A stretch of 64,000 bases of DNA, taken from Asterionella formosa (taxonomy: Eukaryota). Below are positions 59,994 through 64,000 of this stretch, piece by piece (position 1 is the first letter of the stretch; each line of letters opens with the position of its first letter). The notes beneath the pieces were generated by a model that was given only the letters and a program-made list of their open reading frames with translations, searched no databases and had not been told where the DNA came from. The stretch is taken from positions 1 to 64,000 of the forward strand of contig NKIB01013060.1 in the NCBI GenBank assembly GCA_002256025.1, given 5' to 3'. The position numbers were made by a program, and so were the translations under genes.

Positions 59994-60881
59994 TTATTTC
60001 AACAACTCTTTCGCATTTTCCCAAGTGTCTTTGGCTTGTACGAACAGATTGTCCTCGCCTGTCTTGTGAATCCTCAGATCATCATCGAGATACAAAACAT
60101 CGAAGTAGGCCTGAGGGACAGTTTTGGCTTGTCCCTTGAAAACTCGAGAAAAGAATACGATGCATCTTGTAATGAAGGCTGCGGGGACAGGAATATAGAG
60201 CGACCACTTGATGGGCAGAAAAAGGAACTTCGTTAATTTCGCCTTGACAAACTTGAATTGGAGACCAACCCGATGGCTTGACAGAGCCGTTGCTTTAATT
60301 ACCACATTGAGCTGTTTCAGAAGTGGTTCTGTGCCGTCTTCTTTCATGTAAAAGTCAATTATATTTGTAATTCGTCCCTTGCCAGCATCCACAACATTCT
60401 GAGCCTTAGCATCGCCTCGAGTTGAGTTTTTGCTGAAACTAGCATCAGCAGCTGTTGTAAATAAAAGTTTCCAAGCTCCATTCAGGGGAGATAGGTTTCC
60501 TTTCATTTTATCGCCTAGGTATTGAGTCGGCTCTTCAGTAGGACTGATTTTACCAAGCTTCTCGCAAATTCCAATGACCCCATCAGCTGCAGCACCCACA
60601 TTCTCAGATATGGCATAGTAGTTGACTTTTTGGGGTGCTCGTGACGTTGAGTTGAGCTCACCGCCCTTGACGCCAAAGTCAATTGCAAAATAGCCGTCTT
60701 TTTCTTGCTGTGTTCTCAGATATTTAATGCTGGACAGCAATTCATCCTTTAGAATGGCAGCGTCAGGGGAGGGTGTAACAAATAGTTGAAGTTGCTTGCT
60801 GAGAAATGCTGGCTTGTTGTGAGATTTAAAGGCTATAGAAAGTTTCACTATCAAGAAATACACTGCGATATGGATCTTCAT
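59994..60881 (-). CDS. Plastid lipid-associated PAP/fibrillin-family protein
   Basis: Signal peptide SIA-F; LNGAWKLLFTT and FDVLYLDDDLRIHKTGEDNLFV. Confidence 0.88.
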   Translation of the reverse strand: MKIHIAVYFLIVKLSIAFKSHNKPAFLSKQLQLFVTPSPDAAILKDELLSSIKYLRTQQEKDGYFAIDFGVKGGELNSTSRAPQKVNYYAISENVGAAADGVIGICEKLGKISPTEEPTQYLGDKMKGNLSPLNGAWKLLFTTAADASFSKNSTRGDAKAQNVVDAGKGRITNIIDFYMKEDGTEPLLKQLNVVIKATALSSHRVGLQFKFVKAKLTKFLFLPIKWSLYIPVPAAFITRCIVFFSRVFKGQAKTVPQAYFDVLYLDDDLRIHKTGEDNLFVQAKDTWENAKELLK

Positions 60882-61144
60882 TGCATATGGCTCTAGCGGT
60901 GTATAGTAGTCAATGCACAGTGTGGTGTCTCGAATTGATGATCCTCTGTTGTAAATTTCACACTGCCTCTGGCAAATTGATTCTTACGCGAATGAAGAGA
61001 CGATGAGGCCTTCATGTACTGGTACATATAATGGGCGAGCGTCGAAATATCAATTTAATTTGCTTGCGCCGAAATTATCATTGTACCTGGTATGATCACA
61101 AACATCTTCTGGTAGTGATTTGATGATATACGACCAGTAGATAT

Positions 61145-62481
61145 GGCCATTGGTTACCACGCCGGAAAATAACTCGTGACCCATTTTTTTCTGAAAACCA
61201 TTCTTGGCCCTTCCTTGCTTGCTGTGTCGGAAACTTGTGTTTTCCGGGTTTTGATTTCCTGAAACTCAAATTTTTTCAGTCTCATGTTGGGAAATTCGTC
61301 GATTTTCTTGAAGCAGATGATTTTCTTCGGAAACTTTAGTTACATTTGAAAAAATTGATTTTACACCCAAAGCACTAGATAGATTAAAATTACTAATAGA
61401 ATTTGAATTGACTGACTTGTCATTGTAATACAAAAACAAGTACAATTGCAATCAACAAAGGCTCATTCATCCACCATGGCCTCCTTGTCCTCCTCCTTCT
61501 TGTTGTCCTCCCAGAGGGATTCTACTGATGATCATCCGTTGCAAGGCAGATATTGTCTACAATGTTGCAGTCAATGAGGTGTTGGACTTGATTGCTGAGG
61601 ATAGCTCAAACAATAAAGAAAAGACATTGGCAGTGAAGAAACAAGCATCAAGACCTCCTAAAAGTAAGTGACAACCAGTGGACCGGATATTGTCGCACAT
61701 CTTTGTCGATCAGAATCTCACTCAGTTGTCCATGTTCATACTTCCTCTATCTCGCGAAAGCAGCGATAACAAGCAATGATAACAACAATGATATGAGGAA
61801 TGGGTTCAATTGAATGAAAACTGGCGAAATTAAAGTCAAAGAAAGATATGTCAACAAGGTGGACATCGGCAACCATTAAAGCAACCAATTGGCAGTTTTC
61901 AACAATGCTACAATCAACAGATCAGCAGGGACAAAAAAGCATCAAATGGGTAATTCTATGGACAGGTGTAGTAGCTAGTACTAGTGATGATTGACGAGTG
62001 GTGTGTTGAAATGCTATTCTCAGATGGATTGTTTGGAGCTCAAATTTTGGAATTGCAATTGCATTAGAATCGCCTAAAAATGCCCTACAAATCCATCAGA
62101 TCATCAAAGTGCCCAAACATATAATAGTATCTTATCATTAATTCCAATAATTTATTATCATTTATCCTTGTTTGTTAGGTACTCAGCAATGCTACCAAAA
62201 GCACCACATTGTTGATCAGCTGATTGATTTAACATTACTAGTGGTTTTCTCATGTTATTGTGCTCAAAGAGTCAATTCTATGGTCGATTTTTCCAAAATA
62301 AGCAAGAAGTAATGGAATTCTGGCGTGGTAGAGGAACAGCTTTTTCCCAAAAAAATTCTAACAACCGGTAGGACATAGCGTTTTTTGGCGTCGGAGAATC
62401 ACTTATGTGTTCGAATTCCTCGGGGATTGAAAAATTTACTAAATTTCCAGAATGCGATTTCCCGACCAGTAAGCAAGGGCC
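61145..62481 (+). mobile_element. Non-autonomous PIF/Harbinger-like element
   Basis: TIR GGCCATTGGTTAC / GTAAGCAAGGGCC, flanked TAT / TAA; ends homologous to 10985-12137. Confidence 0.7.
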
Positions 62482-63166
62482 TAATATTGGACACGCTTCG
62501 AAATACCAAATTAATTTGATTCAAAATGATTGCAGTACAACTACTGGCTGGCACATCACAAATATTCTTTGATGACTTTAATACTGGTATATAGTATCAT
62601 CGTTGCACTCTGATGCTCGAATCATTTTAGATTTATACTTATCTGATATTAAATATGAATTTAACTTTAACTTTAATTTATTATACTAGCTAACAGATGC
62701 ATCCTCTTGCTGTGTGTTACGCCTCCACTTGTTCATTATTTATATAATTACTTTTGATGGGACACCAGATGCTGCTGCTTGCTGGTACGACAGTCCCAAG
62801 AGGCCAATGAAAGAAAATTTGTCGCCATTTCAATTTGGAGAAGTGTCATGTCTGGATACGTCTACATTTTTGGGTGTTGCAAGAGTCTTGGTTGGTGGAA
62901 TCAAATCCTTCTTTTACTGACTATAACGTTCTTTTTTATTGGTCATTTCGTGAGAGTCTATGAAGGGATGGTGCCTATGTTTTCTTGAGAAAGCCTCTGC
63001 TGGTCTGGAGATACATCTAACACCAAGCTATACATGAATAATGGATGGAAGCTAAAATATGTAGTGGCTCAAAGTCATTTTAAACTGGTATTGTACCTTT
63101 CTATATGTTTTATGTACGCGGATTTTATTTGAGTGTCAAGGCAACTCCGGGTATCCGAAGGTAGCT

Positions 63167-63257
63167 GCAAGTTGCGCTAATTGTGCTGCAGTTAATTATT
63201 TAGCTTTTTTTAATCCCATATTAAATTGTTTATTTAAGCAAAATGACCGCAACTTGC
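63167..63257. mobile_element. ~91-bp MITE
   Basis: TIR GCAAGTTGCG / CGCAACTTGC; copies at 56397 and 47876 and a terminal fragment at 22937-22956. Confidence 0.72.
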
Positions 63258-63488
63258 TTGTAGCAGCTGCCACCAATCATGAAGAAAACAGAATAAATCA
63301 GGACTCTTGTTTTTTGTATGATCGTCACCATGAATCCTTTCACTGTTGCAGAATGTGTTCGTTGAAGTTGCCTTGATTACGTCGTTATGCAGAACATATT
63401 ATGACTTACTTACCGGTAGTTTATACTGACAGCAACAATGGGAATATTGAAAATTCCTCGGTGCTGAATATATACAAACAAAGAATTA

Positions 63489-64000
63489 GGGTCGTTCTTA
63501 TCATTTTTTTTCGTGTATCACGGAATTTGAATTTTTTTGAAAATGTATCAGCAACGGTAACTCGATTTGAACTGAATTTCATTCATTCCAAAAGTGTCAC
63601 TGTATCACTAATTTGTGATCACATTGTATCATGGAGTAAAATGAATCTTCAACGGCAACAGGCTGGCGAAGATCATGTGTATATCCCTCCAGAATATAAT
63701 GATGGTCTTGATATCAAGCAACAACAAAATATAATTACCGGGAAACTAAATATAATATTAAAAACACACATTTGCATGAATCATGTCGTCGCCATTTGAT
63801 TTACTTGATGATAATGACGATGACAGTAGTGATCTTGATTTCTTCTTCCTCTGTCATTTAACTAAGGAAGCAGAGGAAAAAGAACACTCATCCAAACGAC
63901 AAAGGCGACGCTGTAAACGGCAGCTTCAGTCATCTGAACGACGACGACAACGAAGGCACAAGTGGCACCACGAAAGAATCTCCTGGCAATCACATGTCGA
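63489..64000 (+). mobile_element. Left end of a probable autonomous PIF/Harbinger element; transposase ORF starts at 63783 and runs off the window
   Basis: TTA|GGGTCGTTC terminus; open frame MSSPFDLLDDNDDDSSDLDFFFL...RRHKWHHERISWQSHV resembles the acidic + basic + 'W.H.R..W..HV' N-terminus of stramenopile Harbinger transposases. Confidence 0.55.

Overview
Eukaryotic nuclear DNA, almost certainly from a diatom. The evidence is short GT-AG introns, bipartite plastid-targeting presequences, DUF6824/MORN/ARM/ankyrin proteins typical of diatoms, and a double-length TyrRS. About 20 protein-coding genes are interleaved with AT-rich islands of DNA-transposon relics. Mobile DNA read directly from the sequence includes: (i) two adjacent TTAA-flanked Kolobok-type elements at 12.8-15.4 kb, one still carrying a pseudogenised KolX/P2X7-C-terminal-like ORF and a transposase N-terminal fragment; (ii) a second inverted copy of the non-autonomous one at 33.2-34.4 kb, whose insertion site can be reconstructed; (iii) a two-copy tRNA-derived SINE-like element; (iv) PIF/Harbinger-like elements; (v) a ~91-bp MITE family. 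The most striking unexplained signal is dense clusters of TA-flanked micro-motifs (TACCGGTA, TACCAGGTA/TACCTGGTA, TACGGAGTA, TAGTCTA, TAGCTA, TACATGTA). They sit in most promoter regions and even at the same spot inside two copies of one MITE, and they look like accumulated, self-renewing transposon excision footprints marking open chromatin. All family assignments are from motif recognition by eye; no searches were run.
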